A stretch of 64,000 bases of DNA from Glaucostegus cemiculus. Taxonomy: Eukaryota. The DNA lies in the NCBI GenBank assembly GCA_976551045.1, contig CDPCPM010000016.1, forward strand, positions 24,118,001 to 24,182,000. Direction: 5' to 3'. The notes under the pieces were generated by a model, which worked only from the letters and a program-made list of their open reading frames with translations, was not told where the DNA came from and made no database searches. The position numbers and the translations under genes were made by a program. Positions 26,070 to 39,934 of the stretch are shown in pieces (within the stretch, counting starts at the first letter, position 1; every line of letters starts with the position of its first letter).

Positions 26070-26849
26070 GCTCAACAGAGATTGGATGTATTTCAATTTT
26101 GTGCAGAAAGTCATTTAAATCACAGTCCATCATATGAAATTGACTGGAGCTCAAAAGCACATCCTGTATTTATTATCATCTAATTTCAATCTACATTTTT
26201 GACCTTGCTTTTATAACGGAAGACCCTCAAAATATCAGCATTTAGACACACAGGCCTGAAAGTCATAACGAGATCAGACCAGGTTTTGCGCGCGTTATAG
26301 TGGAGAAATAAGATGGAAGCACTGGATTTTGGAAGGCAGCGAAGCTCTTGCAAATTTAACTCAGCCTAGTACTGCATTTTTGGGTCTAGATATTGCCTTT
26401 GTGTTACTGAAGATAATTGTTGGGAAAGGCCGGGGGTTGGGGCGGGGTGTGTGTGGAGGGAGAAACTGGTAAACATAAAAACTTAAACAAAGAAGCTTAG
26501 AGTTGGCTGTTTTCTTATTCGAAGTGTATGTTTACGTAGGAATATTATTATGATTTAAAATAAAAAAATGCTTGTGTAATAATTAACTCCCTTTGCTAAA
26601 TAATGCACGAATATAATGGTTTTAAGGTCGCAAAAATGCAGTCTAGAATAGCGGTAAGTCTAAACTCGGAGAGCACGGTCAATTCATTCAGCAAAACAAC
26701 ATCACCATTCTTGGCATTAAAACCACTTTCTCGCCCTTTCCTCATTTCCCTTTATTGTTCAAATGTCCGTCGATCACTGGCTGAAAAATATTCGAAGACT
26801 CCACCTCCCCACCATTCTGGATTAGAGAATGGCAAAGAATCAAGATTCT

Positions 26850-28330
26850 CTGTGGAATAACATTGCTTCTTGTCTTCTTCTTAAAAGGATGGCCCTTTAT
26901 TCAGAAACTACGCCCCCAGTTCAAGATACCTTCACTAAGGGAAGCCATCTGCCGTATCAATTCCCATGAGAATCTTGTACGATTCAATGCAATCACCTCT
27001 CATTCTTCAGTACTCCAATGATAAAGATTCAACCTGCTCAAACTCTTTTCATATGTCATTCCCATCATCCTAGCAATAAATTTTGTGTATCTTCTCTGCA
27101 CTGCCTCCGATGCAAGTATAACCTTCCTTAAATATGGAGACAAAATCTGTACACAATGTTCCAGGGGCAGTCTCGCCAGTGCCATGTAACATTCCATCAA
27201 AACTCACCTACTTTCATACTCCATAACCCTTGCAATAAAGGCCAGCATTTGATGAGCCTTCTAATTACCTGCACTAGAGCTTCCAGGTCCCATTGTACCA
27301 CAATATTTTAAAGTCTTGCTCAATTTAAATAATAAACTTCTATTTCATTTTTCCCTTTTGAAGTGAATAGCTTCACATTTTCCCACTATACATTCCATCT
27401 GCCAACTTGTTGCTCACTCACTTAAACTATCAACATTCCTTTGCAGACTCCTCACATTTGTTAATCCATCTATCTTTGTATCTTCAGCAAATTTGGTTTC
27501 AATGTACTTGGTCTCTTCATCCAAGTCATTAATCTAGGTTGTAAATACTTGAGATCCCAGCAGTGATCCCGTGGCACACTGCTAGTTACTGATTATCAAT
27601 TTGAAAACTGGCAGTTTTCCTGACTCTCTGCTTTCTGTTAGTTAGCTATTCCCCCACCCATGCCAATATATTAACCCCAATTCCATGTGTTCATGTGCAG
27701 TCACCTTTTATATAACAAACTCACCGAATGCCTTCTGGAAATCCAAATGTGCTGCACTTACTGGTTTTCCTTGTTTCACCCTGTTTCTTAGTCCTCAAAT
27801 GGCATCAGCAAATTTGTCACACATGGTTTCCCTTTCATATAAACCATGTTGACTCTACCTTTGATTATGATTTTCAAAATGACCTCCTCTTACAACAATA
27901 ATAGATTTCATCATTTTCCCTTTGACTTTCCTGCTTTCTGTCTCCCTACTTTCTTGAATAGCACAGTTGAATTTGCAGTTTTCCAAACCTCTGGGACTTT
28001 TCTAGAACCAAGGGAATTTTGGTAGATTAAAACTAATACATTCACTCTCTCTGCAGTCACTTCTTTTAAGATGCTAGGGTGCAGGCTAGTGGGTCTGGGA
28101 AGCTTTCTGGCCTTTAGTCCTAGTTGTTTGCCTCATACTTTTTCTCTAATGATATACATTGTATTAAATTCTTCCCTCCTTATATTGATTGATTAGTTCA
28201 TTGATTACTTTGGGATGTTTTACTGTCTTCATCCACAAAGACAAATCCAAAATAATTATTTAGAATCTCTGCCATTTCTCTGCTTGTCATTATTGATTCC
28301 CAGTGTCCTCCTCTAATGGACCAACATTTT
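26850..28330 (-). mobile_element. Degenerate CR1 ORF2 fragment
   Basis: LARLPLEHCVQILSPYLRK..ASEAVQRRYTK; decayed KFAEDTK and QHG motifs. Confidence 0.8.
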
Positions 28331-29329
28331 ATGAAATTCATACCCAACTGTTTTTTTGGATGTGTTTTTTATGTTTTCTTGACAGAGTTGTGATTTTAAA
28401 AAAATCAAACTAGTTCTTCCTGTGGCTTCATATAAACGAACATTGATCCCAATGATCGAGTATTTCAGTGATTATCTTCAAAGGTGAATGAGTTGGTGCA
28501 TTGTTCTGCCTCATGTCACAATTTTATAGGTAAATGAGTCTAGTAATTATTGTAAGCTTTTGATATCAAGATCCTTTATTTCCAAAGTAGGTACCTTGTA
28601 ATTTTGTACAATGTTTACTCCAATCAGTAATTAAGTAGGACAATTGTTTATCACTGAATCACTCGTCCTTAGCAAGGTAAGATCATTGTAAAATGTATTT
28701 CTAGGTAGGAGTACCCATCGATGTTGGCTACTGAAATAGTGCGATAAAACCATTTACAATTCTATGTGCCTCAATGTAATGCCCTACCATTACATACACG
28801 TTTCATATTTTGAAATTAATTATATTAGCCTACATATCGATTACTCCCACTATGTTTTTAGACTGGAGTTGTGTGTGAAGATGACAAATCTGAACTGGGA
28901 GTCTTAATCTTTTCTAAACTGCGGTTGGAATACGCTGATGATATTGTACAGCACGGAGCAACTGTATCAGACCAAGACAACCTGCAGGCTGTGCGCAGCT
29001 ATTCTCAGAAGGCATATTAACCTACATTGTGTTCACACCAATACGCCGAAGACACTCCTGCATTGCATGATACAGTTTTCACAGAATGATACAAAATGAA
29101 ACTGTTCCGTCTTAGTGCGTGTGCCAGTTCGACACTCTCTCTTATAATCCTACACTACCAATCATCTCCCCCACATCCCATCCTTTTCTACTGTTCCTTC
29201 CCTATATACGCCCTGCCCACCTTGACAGCTACACGTTGCTCAATATCCAGTCCAAGAAAATATTTCAAGTAGTTATTAGCATATTTGTATGCATACATAT
29301 TTATGCTTTGTGAATTACATCGAAACCAG

Positions 29330-29900
29330 CAACTGAAGCTGCGAACCCTGCAGAAAGGTTTCGGTGCACAGGCCAGCGTGAGCGACAGCACGGAAGGAAG
29401 GTGGAATTGATGACGCAGCACAGACCGCCTCCATCTCCGTGGCAACCGCTCGATCGCTCGGTTGGCCACTAGCTGCGAGGTGGCAGGAGGGAGTAATCGA
29501 GTGTCGGCCCTTTGACAACCGGAACTGGAGGCGGTGCCGGGTGAGAGGAAGAGAGGGAGGCAGACGGACAGACATCGAGGTTTCCTTTAACCGCCGCCCG
29601 TGCTCTCTTTCCATCACAGCGGCAGACATGGCCTCTTCGGCTGGGGGCACGGCGCCGGCAGGTCCCGGGGCGGGCACTGGCTCGGGCCCCGGGCCCTCCA
29701 TGTTCCGCTGGCTGGAGGTACTGGAGAAGGAGTTCGATAAGGCCTTCGTGGACGTGGACCTGCTGCTGGGCGAGATCGACCCCGATCAGTCCGAGATCAC
29801 GTATGAGGGCCGCCAGAAGATGACGGCGCTCAGCTCCTGCTTCGCACAGCTGTGCCACAAGGCTCAGACCGTCTTCCAGATCAATCACAAGCTGGAGGTG
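29330..29900. promoter_or_regulatory. CpG island / GOPC promoter
   Basis: CpG-rich; TGACGCA (29411), X-box-like ctccgtggcaac (~29435-29446), ETS-like CCGGAA (29519). Confidence 0.7.
29628..29897 (+). CDS. GOPC: GOPC (PIST/CAL) exon 1
   Basis: MASSAGG...[31 protein letters not shown]...[13 protein letters not shown]; donor GAG|GTGAGG. Confidence 0.97.
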
Positions 29901-29924
29901 AGGGCAATGCATTAATGCTTTGTG

Positions 29925-30192
29925 TCAATGGAGACTGCACCGCACCATCCCTGACTGGGGGCGAGGGACGTTGTATTTATGTCTGAATGGAGACAGTGTA
30001 CCCACACCATCCCTGACTGGGGACGAGGGACAATATCTAAATGAAGGTAGTACAGCACTTTCCTGACTAAGGGAAGGACAGTGTATTATCGTCTGAATGG
30101 TGATTTTGCACGCATACATCCCTGACTGCAGTCGATTGCCAGTGTATTAATATCTCAATAGACACTGGGCACTACAGCATCCCGATTGAGGT
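29925..30192. repeat. Imperfect ~60-bp minisatellite, about 5 units
   Basis: Core catccctgactg at 29946, 30008 and 30117, with variants at ~30058 and 30178. Confidence 0.8.
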
Positions 30193-30559
30193 TGAAAGCT
30201 AATATTATAAACATCTCATTGTTGACTGGAGTAGGATGGAGTTTTAATGCTGCTGTTTATATGCAAGTGAGGGCAGATTTAAAAAAAAAGTATTATAAGG
30301 AAAGACTGTAAATTAAAAACTTAACGAAGGATGTGCCATTGTGTCATGTCCAAACATAGAGCCTATATATTAGGTAAATTTCTGCTCTGAAGTCAGATCA
30401 GCTACTAGCACATAAATAGATACCATTGACTAGAAATATAGTGCCTAACTCAAGTTATTTGAGCACCAAAGATCTCCTTTAGTGCACGAAACAAGCATGA
30501 TTCAAGATCAACACTTTGGAAAATCCAAAACACTCTATGAATGCACTAAAGGTAAGAGG

Positions 30560-31000
30560 GTAACTGGAGAGAATGCGGAGGTAGTTCATCAGAATGTATC
30601 TTAAGATGGAGTATTTCACTCTAAGGAGGAATTGGATGGGCTGGGTTTGCTTTCCTTGGAGGGGAGAAGACTGAGAGGACATTTGATAGGGGTATACAAA
30701 ATTATGAGGGACAAAGACAAGGTGGATGATAAGGAACTTTTCCCCTTAGCAATAATGTCTACAAGAAGAATGCAGAAGTTTAAGGGCAGGGGATTTGAGG
30801 AAAAAAGTGGTTGAAATCTGGAACGCACTGCCTGAGTGGTGGAGGCAGATGCTCTTTCCACATTTAAGACGTTGTGCATTAAACTCCATGGTTTAGAAGG
30901 CTGTAGGCCTACTGCTGGAAATTGAGATCGGATAAGATTGGTACTTGATTACAGGCACGGACTTTTTGGGTCAAAGGGCCTGTTGTTGTGCTGTATGACA
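30560..31000 (+). mobile_element. CR1 3' end
   Basis: LGLLSLEGRRLRGHLIGVYKIMR; gggtcaaagggcctgttgttgtgctgtatgac tail. Confidence 0.8.
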
Positions 31001-31009
31001 GTATTCCTT

Positions 31010-31282
31010 GTATTGGTTTATTATTGTCACTTGTACTGAGGTACAGTGAAAAGCTTGTCTTACAAACCGATCGTACAGGTCAATTCATTACTCAGTGCAG
31101 TTACATTGAGTTAGTACAGAGTGCATTGATGTAGTACAGGTAAAAAAACAATAACAGTATAGAGTAAAGTGTCACAGCTACAGAGAAAGTGCAGTGCAGT
31201 AAGTGCAAGGTCACAGTAAGGTAGATCATGAAATCATAGTCCATCTGAATTGTATAGGGGAACCGTTCAATAGTCTTATATA
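31010..31282 (-). mobile_element. LINE 3' UTR fragment, probably Rex1/Babar
   Basis: Reverse strand ends ...tacaagtgacaataataaacca, similar in style to the Rex1 tail at ~6030. Confidence 0.45.
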
Positions 31283-31959
31283 ATGAAACATCAGTTTGCA
31301 CTGTTTCACTTTGTAGGTAATGCACTGGAGAAATCTAGTCACATTCCTGTGCTATGTAAAAATTGTTGTTGTGGCCGTTAGAGCAGAAGTTAATGAGGAA
31401 AGATGGTCTGCATCAATGGAACACGTTTCTGTTAACTATTCAGGTGAAAGATTCTCTAGTTTTTCAGGAGTTCATCACTTTCACCACAATCTGGATGTCA
31501 GTATTGGAGAAGTGATGTGTCCACACCCACATTTATCTAGCCACTTTTCCAAACATTATAATTAAGCACCATCCTTTAGATTTGATGTCAATCAGTGCTG
31601 CCTCACTTATTATAGTGACTATGATTCCTGAAATTATTGGTGGTTTATGTGTGTTGCTGCAGAAAAGCACAAAATTTTGCAATGTGTGCCATTGAAAATC
31701 TTTCTCCAACAGCACAGGCACAAATTGGTACCATATTCGTAAGCAAATTTATTTTTACCCCCTTATATGCAGATTAAATAAAATTGAGATCACTGGGAAT
31801 CAAAGGGTGAACTCTTCACTGGCAGGTGTTGAACCTAACACAAAAAATATAGTTAATAGTTGTGGTGTGTATCTGCCTGACACCACATGGAGCAAAGCAG
31901 TCTGTTTGATGTCACTCCATCCACCACTCTAAATAATCCATTCCCTCCATCACTGTCAA

Positions 31960-32460
31960 ACCATAGCTGCAATATGTGCAAAATCAGGTAAGGGATTGGG
32001 TATCCTGTGGAGAGTAATTCACCTGCTAACACCCGAAAGCCTTTCCACCATCAACAAGGTGCAAGACGGGAATGTGATAGAATACCCTTCATTTGCCTGG
32101 GTGATTGCAACTTTAATAAGTCCTACACTATCTAGAACAAAGCAACCTACTTGATTGGAACCCATACACCATCCTTAGCATTCATTCCTTTAACCATTGC
32201 ACCATGGCTTGACCGTGTGACATCTACAAAATACATTGAAGTGGCTTAGCTAGGATACTCTGACATCACCTCTCACTCCAAGGATAAGGGAGCAGCAGGC
32301 AAATAGGAACACCACCACTTGCAAGTTTCTCTCCAAGATGCATGCCATCCCATCTTGGAAATGTTGTTGTTCCTTCATTGCTGCTGGATCTAAATCCTGG
32401 GACTCTCTACCAATGGAATTGTGTGAGTACTTCATGGTTCAAGAAGGTGGCTTGCCAACG
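31960..32460 (+). mobile_element. Old L2/CR1-group LINE 3' fragment
   Basis: ctttccaccatcaacaaggtgcaagacgggaatgtgatagaatac; homologous pieces at ~35700-36130 and ~57750-58620. Confidence 0.5.
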
Positions 32461-32914
32461 GCTTCAGAACCTTGTTGAACTGCTGCATCTCACTTTCAGA
32501 AAACTTCCTACAGAATTGAGGTTAATCTTCAAAACTCATGAGAAACTATTTAATCGACAGGGCTACATTCCAAAACCAATGTCATCCCAACTTCAGTAGT
32601 CAAGCTGCAGTGTACAGATTACGCAAGCATTTACACAGGTCGTTCCAAGCTATTATAAACTTGTTCACTGATGCATATGGGAGGATGGGGAATACTCTCA
32701 ACATCTGCAAGACAAAATCTTCTTTTGGCTTGCCCTCACTGTACAACATCACCCATTCTCATCGGTCATCTTTAAACACACAGAAATGGAATGGAAACAG
32801 GTTGTCCTCAATTTCAGTGGATTGCCTCAAGAAGAAGGTTGGTTGGCAAAAGTGCTGGCATTGACAATCATGCCTGCATCCTGAGAAATGAAAAACAAAA
32901 GAGTAAATTACAGA

Positions 32915-35698
32915 AACGTGGTTGCAGGGTGGAGATGAGTGGGAATTAAATATCCAAGGGAATCAGGTAATACAGAAGGATAGCCAGGAAGGTAAAGGGA
33001 GGTGGGTAGCACTCTTAATTAAGAATGAGACCAGGGCAATAGTGAGAGATGATATAAGATATAAGGAACAGAATGATGAGTCTGGGTAGAGATTAGGAGG
33101 AGTAAAGGAAAAAAAAAATCACTGGTGGGAGTTGTCTGTAGGCCACCGAATAATAACATTACAATAGCACGGGCAATAACCTAAGAAATATTTGATGTAT
33201 GTAAGAATGGAATGGCAGTTGTCATGGGGGACTTAAACTATCACATCGATTGGGCGCATCAAGTTGGTCGAGGCAGTTTTGAGGAGGACTTCACAGAATA
33301 CATTTGTGATAGCTCTCTTGAACAGCATGTTAGTGAACCTACAGGGGAAAATGCTATCTTAGATCTGGTCCTGTGCAATGAGACAGGTAAAATTAACAAT
33401 CTTGTAGTTGGGGTTCCTCTTGGAAAGAGTGATCACAATATGATTGAATTTCTCATACAAATGGAGGGTGCGGTAGTTTGATCTAAAACCAGTGTATTAT
33501 GCCTAAACAAGGGAGACTACAACAGGATGAGGGAGGAGTTGGCTAGCGTAGACTGGAAACACAGGCTATATGGTGGAACAATTGAGGACAGTGGAAGACT
33601 TTCAAAGAGATTTTTCACAGTGCTCAACAAAAGGATATTCCAGTTAAAAGCAAGGACAGTAAGGGTGGGGAGAGCCAGCCTTGGATAACTAAGGAAATAA
33701 AAGAAGGCATCAAGCAAAAAGCTCATGCATACAAAGTCACCAAGAGTAATGGGAAACTGGAAGATTGGGGAAATTTTAAAATGCAACAAAGAACCACTAA
33801 GCAAGCAATAAGGAAAGGGAAGATATATTTTGAATGTAAACTAGCACAAAATATGAAAAGGGATAGTAAAAGTTTTTATAATTATATGAAGCGGAAAAGG
33901 GTGGCTAAAGTGAATGTACGTCCCTTGGACATTGAGAAGGGGGAATTAATATTGGGTAATGTGGAAATGACCGAGGCCTTGAACGACTATTTTGTATCAG
34001 TCTTTATGGTGGAGGACACATCTAACATGCCAAAGAGAGATGTTATGGATGCGATAGGTGATGAGGAACTCGATGCAATCGCTGTCACTAAAGAGGTAAT
34101 GATGAGCAAACAAGTGGACCTAAAGGTAGACAAGACCTCTGGTCCTGATGGGATGCATCCCAGGGTACGGAAAGAAATGGCAGAAGTTATAGTAGAGGCG
34201 TTTGTGATAATTTACCCAAATTCTCGGGACTCTGGGCAGGTCTCGGCAGATTGGAAGACAGTGAATATCACAACACTGTTTAAAAAAGGATGTAGGCAAA
34301 AGACAGGTAACTATAGGCCAGTTAGCTTAACATCTGTAGTCAGGAAAATACTTGAAGCTATCATTAAGGAAGAAATAACAAAACATCTGGATAGAAGTGG
34401 TTCCATCAGGCAGACACAGCATGGATTCAGGAAGGGCAAGTCCTGTTTGACAAACTTATTGGAGTCCTTTGAAGATATAATGAGAGGGGAACAGGTGGAT
34501 GTTGTGTACTTAGATTTTCAGAAGGTGTTCAATAAGGTGCCATATAAAATACTTATCCATCAGATAAGAATGTATGGAGTTGGGAGTAAGGTATTAGCAT
34601 GGATAGAGGATTGGTTAACCAATAGAAGGCAGAGAGTTGAGATGAATGGGTACTTCTCCGGTCGGCAATCAGTGGTGAGTGTGGTGTCGTGGGGGTTGGT
34701 GCTAGGTCCGCAACTGTTCACGATATACATTAACAATTTGGAAGAGGGGACCAAGTGTAGTGTATCTAAGTTTGCTGATGACTCTAAATTGAGAAGAAAA
34801 GCGAATTTTGCAGAGGATGCGGAGACTCTGCAGAGAGATATAGATAGGTTAAGTTAGAGGGCAAGAGTCTGGCAAATGGAGTACAATGTTGGTAAATGTG
34901 AGGTCATCCACTTTGGAAGGAAAAATAGAAGATCAGATTATTATTTAAATGATGAAAGACTGCAGCATGCTGTTGTTCAGAAGGACTTGGGAGTACTTGT
35001 GCATGAATGGCAAAAGGTTGGTTTGCAGGTGCAACAGGTTATCAAGAAGGCCAGTGGAATGTTGGCTTTCATTGCTAGAGGGACTGAATTTAAGAGCAGG
35101 GAGGTTATGCCGCAATTGTACAGGGTACTGGTGAAGCCGCATCTGGAGTACTGCGTGCAGTTCTGGTCACCTTACTTGAGGAATGATATACTGGCTTTGG
35201 AGAAGGTGCAGAGGAGTTTCACCAGGTTGATTCCAGAGATGAAGGGGTTAGCCTATGAGGAGAGATTGAGTAGCCTGGGACTATACTCACTGGAATTCAG
35301 AAGAATGAGAGGGAATCTTATAGAAACATATAAAATGATGAAAGGGATAGGTAAGATAGAGGCAGGAAGCTTGTTTCTATTGGCAGGGGAGACTAGAACC
35401 AGGGGGTACAGCCTCAAGGTTTGAGGGAATATATTTAGGACAGAGATGAGGAGAAACTGCTTTTCACAGAGAGTAGTGAATCTGGGGAATTCTCTGCTCA
35501 GGGAAGCAGTGGAGTCTACCTCATTAAATATATTTAAGACACATATAGATTTTTGCACAGTAGGGGAATTAAGGGTTACGGGGAAAAGACGGGTAAGTGG
35601 ACCTAAGTCCATGACCAGATCAGCTATGATCTTACTGTATGGCGGAGCAGGCTCATTGGGCCAGATGGCTGACTCCTGCTCCTATTTCTTAAGTTCTT
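32915..35698 (+). mobile_element. CR1 LINE ORF2 (APE endonuclease + RT), inactivated
   Basis: MGDLN, LDLVL, SDH endonuclease motifs; NYRPVSLTS, QHGF, YLDFQK, SKFADD RT motifs; in-frame stops; ends tcctatttcttaagttctt. Confidence 0.95.
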
Positions 35699-36499
35699 AA
35701 GTAAACCACCACAGCTATTTTCAGCTGCCTCATCAATGACCTTTCTTTCTTCATAACATTAGAAGTAGGGATATTTGCTGATCACACTATCTTCAATTCC
35801 ATTAGTATTTCCACAGGTGATAAAGTAATCTTTATCTTCATTCAGCTTTCAGGCATGTCTTAATCAGCAAGTAACCTTACACCATGCAAGTGCTGGACTC
35901 TAACCAACTCCAGCTTTCAGGTTCAACAGCATTTACCATTGCAGAGTCCCAAATTCTTTAAATCTTCTTCCAAGGAAAGATCAGGGGTGTGATGGAATCT
36001 CTCCACTTACCTCGCTGGTTGCAGTTCCAGTGATACTTAAGAATCTTGGACACCATCCAGGACAAAGTAGCATGTTTGATTGGATCAGATCGGATCACAC
36101 CTACCTACACTGCTTGGGCATTGTGCTGTGCATCTGTGATATGTACTGTTATGGCTTCAGTGCCATCTCCAATTTGGAAACTTAAAGAGAATTTATCCCA
36201 GTCTTTATAATAGGCCCTCACCTTCTCAGAATTTGAAACAAAGATGATCTCTAGGCTTTGTTGTTAATACCAATATGAGAAGGTGCTGTAAGAATGCCTT
36301 CTGAATGCCACTATGCTAATACTGATCTGATATTAGTCAGTTTTCAACATCAAACCATTGTCAGTATGACGGTTTTCAGAAGACCTACTTCAAACAGCGT
36401 ATCCTCAGTACTGCAGTGAAATGTCAGGCAATATTTGTGTACCAATCTCTTGGCTAGAAAACACCAAGCTGTTTAATGAAAATGACCAGGAGATCCTGG

Positions 36500-38370
36500 A
36501 GCTAACGAAATGTAAATGCAAGGTGTTCTTGGACTGGAAACACAATTGTGTTTCATTGGCAAAAAAAGAGATTTTCAGCTATCTGAACCAAGGTCCAACA
36601 ACAAAAAAAACCTGAGATCTAAAGAACAGGCTGTGGGTAGAAAGAACCCACTGGGTGATAAGCATGATATGCTTGGATTCTTCAACATCACCAAAACCAT
36701 CTATAGTCCATACCCAAGGACAGAGTAGCAGCCAGTGCCAATAAGAAGGAGCTCTTTGAAGATCTCTCCAATTGAGATTCTATCTTTGATGCAAATGTGC
36801 TTTATTCCATCCCACAGCATGCTATCAACCACAATTTCAGTGCTACTCCAAACAACAAGAGATTGAATATACCACCCAACAGTTGAAAAACAGCAAAATC
36901 CCTGGAGTAGACAGAATCTCTGCCAAAGTGCAGAGATTTGGTACTTGTGACATAAGTTCATGCTCTTCACCGTTTGGGAAGAGGAGGTCTTCTCAAGGGA
37001 CCTTAGAGGTAATCTTTAGGAAAAGAGACAAGACCAATTGCAGTAACCCACAGAGGGTTTCCCTGTTATCTGCCATTGCAATGATTTTTTCAATGGTTTT
37101 CCAGTGATTGAAGCATCTTTGACAGGAGTTGCAATGTGGATTCTGCTTGTCAGAAGTATTACAGGTACAGTCTTCACCATACAGTAAATTCATTAGAGAT
37201 TTAAAGAATTACATCAACTTCTGTGCATGTCTGCTTTCAACTTCATAAATCTTTGACTATATCAACTAAAGGGGAATATGAGGCATCTTTTTCAAATGGT
37301 GTTGTCAGAAGTAGAATATCATTCTATGCCTTTTACTTGATGACATGCAAGCTGTGATGCTTACCTGTGGGTTCATTACAGACTGAATCACAGAGAAGCT
37401 GGGTTAAACAAGACTGTGTCATTGCTCCAACACTCTCTTCGGTCTTCCTTGGTGCAATACTGCAGCTCGCCTCCAATGAGCTTCTAGCTAATATGGAGTT
37501 AGTCTATGGGACAAGTGGAAACTAGTCAATCTTCATCTCCAATCCAGAATGCAGATTGACCAACCAGTCATTGAATTGCTGTATGCTGATGATTTGCACA
37601 TGTGCATGCCCAGAGACTAATCTCCAAGGTGTTGTTAACTTCATTCAATTGTACAAAAGGATGAAGCTCACACTAAACATCTGGAAAGTTAAGGTAGTCT
37701 ACTAACTTGTCTCTGACTTGCACTCTAGGAAGTCCAAATCAGGAGCCTCCCCTTAATGAAATCAGACTTTGATGAAACTTGCTTAAGGCTCTCGTGCACT
37801 AGTTCGGCCTCCAATGAAAAAAAGAGTATTAGATGCTTTGGGATCATGGCCAACCTATGGTAGACACACAAAACAGCTGGAGAAATAACACCAACACTGT
37901 CTCTGCAACATCCTACAAATAGATTGACAAACCAATTTCAGTATCCTTTCTCAGGCCAACACATCTATCATTGAGGCTCTGGTCACGCATGATCCCAGGT
38001 TCTTGAAACCTGTACACTTCTCCAATCTGTCTTGAGAAGAGATTTTCAAGACAGAGAGAATACTTAAAGGGCCTTCCCAAAGTCTTCCCAAGAAATGTAA
38101 CATCCTCATCCAAACCAACTTATTTGATTCCCTTGCCCACAACCATTCAAGGTGGAGGACAGCATCTGGGAAGGTCCCATGTTCTTCAAGGATTATGATA
38201 GGAGCTCATAGAGGCCTTGTGCAGACAGCAGAAGGGCTACACAGCATTCCAGACTAACCACCCATCTGCCTCATCAAGCACCAATGATCCCACACAGAAA
38301 CCTTCAGCCACCTCAGGACTGGAATAGAAGTGAATCATCCTTGACTCTGAGGGATTGTCTAAGAGGATAG
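36500..38370 (+). mobile_element. Degenerate RTE-clade LINE
   Basis: KIPGVDRISA, DKTNCSNPQRVSLLSAI, ctgtatgctgatgat (LYADD), aaacaagactgtgtcattgctccaacactcttc (KQxCVIAPTL) remnants. Confidence 0.65.
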
Positions 38371-39934
38371 AAATCTGATAAGTACCAGTAGAACCTGTAG
38401 ATCAGGCCTAATAATCACTTGAATAACTCTCATGATTATTGCATGATCGGTTTGGCAAGCAAAGAGTAGAGTTATTCAGTATGTAATGATTTGAACCAGA
38501 TTTGCATAATTATGTGATTGAATGTAACATCTTTAAGGGTAATAGTCAAACTTTATTTTTTGACATTATATTAAAATGTAATTGAAATCCATAGCACAAC
38601 TTTATTCTTTGATTCAAAACAACCATGTTCCCTTTTCACTAGATATGAATAATTTTTACTTGAATATTTTTTTGACAGTACCACAGAATTGTTTGGATTT
38701 GTAAAATTTAAAATAGTTACCTGTTAACTTTTAGTTTTGGCATATCTTTCAGCATGGCAAAGAGTAAAAGTTTATGTGATTGCTTTTATGAAGGTCTTGG
38801 GGTGCTTTGCTATGTTAGACATGGTGTGTGAAAACAAGAAAAAAAACACAAAATGAAGTTGAACTAGACATTTTTGTCTATAGGCCATCTCTGGGGGTGT
38901 TATGAATGGGTTCCATTTTCACAGATGTCAATCAGTTGATTTTGTCCATAAGTCGGAAAATACACACAATCACTCAATATGGTATAACCATACCTCCACA
39001 GTATTGTAATGAATAGCATTGAAAGCACATAAGACAATGAGAAAGAACAATGACTAAAAGTGGACAGGGGGAGTAAATTAGTTCTGCCATTTTCAGGAAC
39101 GAACCTATATACATATATTGAACTTTTGAATTTATGCAGGTATGATTTTGGATATGGTTATAATGCAGCCATGAAGGCGTGTATCAACTCCCTTTGAAAG
39201 GTTAGTGCAACCAAGAAAAACTAGTTAGGGTTGGTCTCTATTGTCAGTGTGGCTTTACTTTTAAATAAAGCTGCAGCAAAATGGATTAGATTACTTTAAC
39301 ATTGTCTGTGATTATAATACAAATCACTGACTGGTGACAGATGCTGCTACAGTGAAGTTGTTTTAGCCTGTGCAATAGTTTTAGTGGGAAATGTATGAAG
39401 TAGTCATGACTTCATATATGTTAACTCAATAAGGATCAGCAACCTAAAACAATCAAAAATAGTTATATGTTCTATAACTCTGGGCAATGTACACAGTTAA
39501 AATAGACTTCTAACTTTTGCAATGCCTGAAACAGCAGGTCAGGTACCATCTGTGCAAAGAGAAACACAGTTAGTCTTACAGATTGGTGCCCTTCATGAGA
39601 ATGAGGAAGTTAGAAACCAAAATTGTTTGGAACATCAAAGGGAGGGGGAGAGAGAAAAAACAGGATAAAGTGGAAATGAAAAGAGACTGAATGACATAAG
39701 TGATAGTGGTGCTAACTGAAAGAGGGTGGTAAATTTTTGTAACTCTCTAAAGATACTATATGACCTACTGAGTGCACCTAGCTTTTTCTGTTTTTATTTC
39801 AGATTTCTAATATCTGCAGTTTTTTGCTTTCACTTAAATGCGATTCTTTATACATTTTAATCTGTTCAGTTTACATGCAATAATTATTAGTAAGCTTTTC
39901 AAGAGGATGTTCTTTTGGTTGTTCCTTGTACCCA

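Noticed and set aside
29315-29912. Minus-strand ORFs over GOPC exon 1
   Set aside because: Stop-poor CpG-island shadows of the real exon.
29925-30192. Repeat-spacer look resembling a CRISPR array
   Set aside because: Vertebrate intron; whole units are homologous and degenerate, with no unique spacers and no cas genes.
33781-35424. Long RT ORFs as a possible domesticated gene
   Set aside because: Ordinary CR1 copy with stops and substitutions in conserved motifs.
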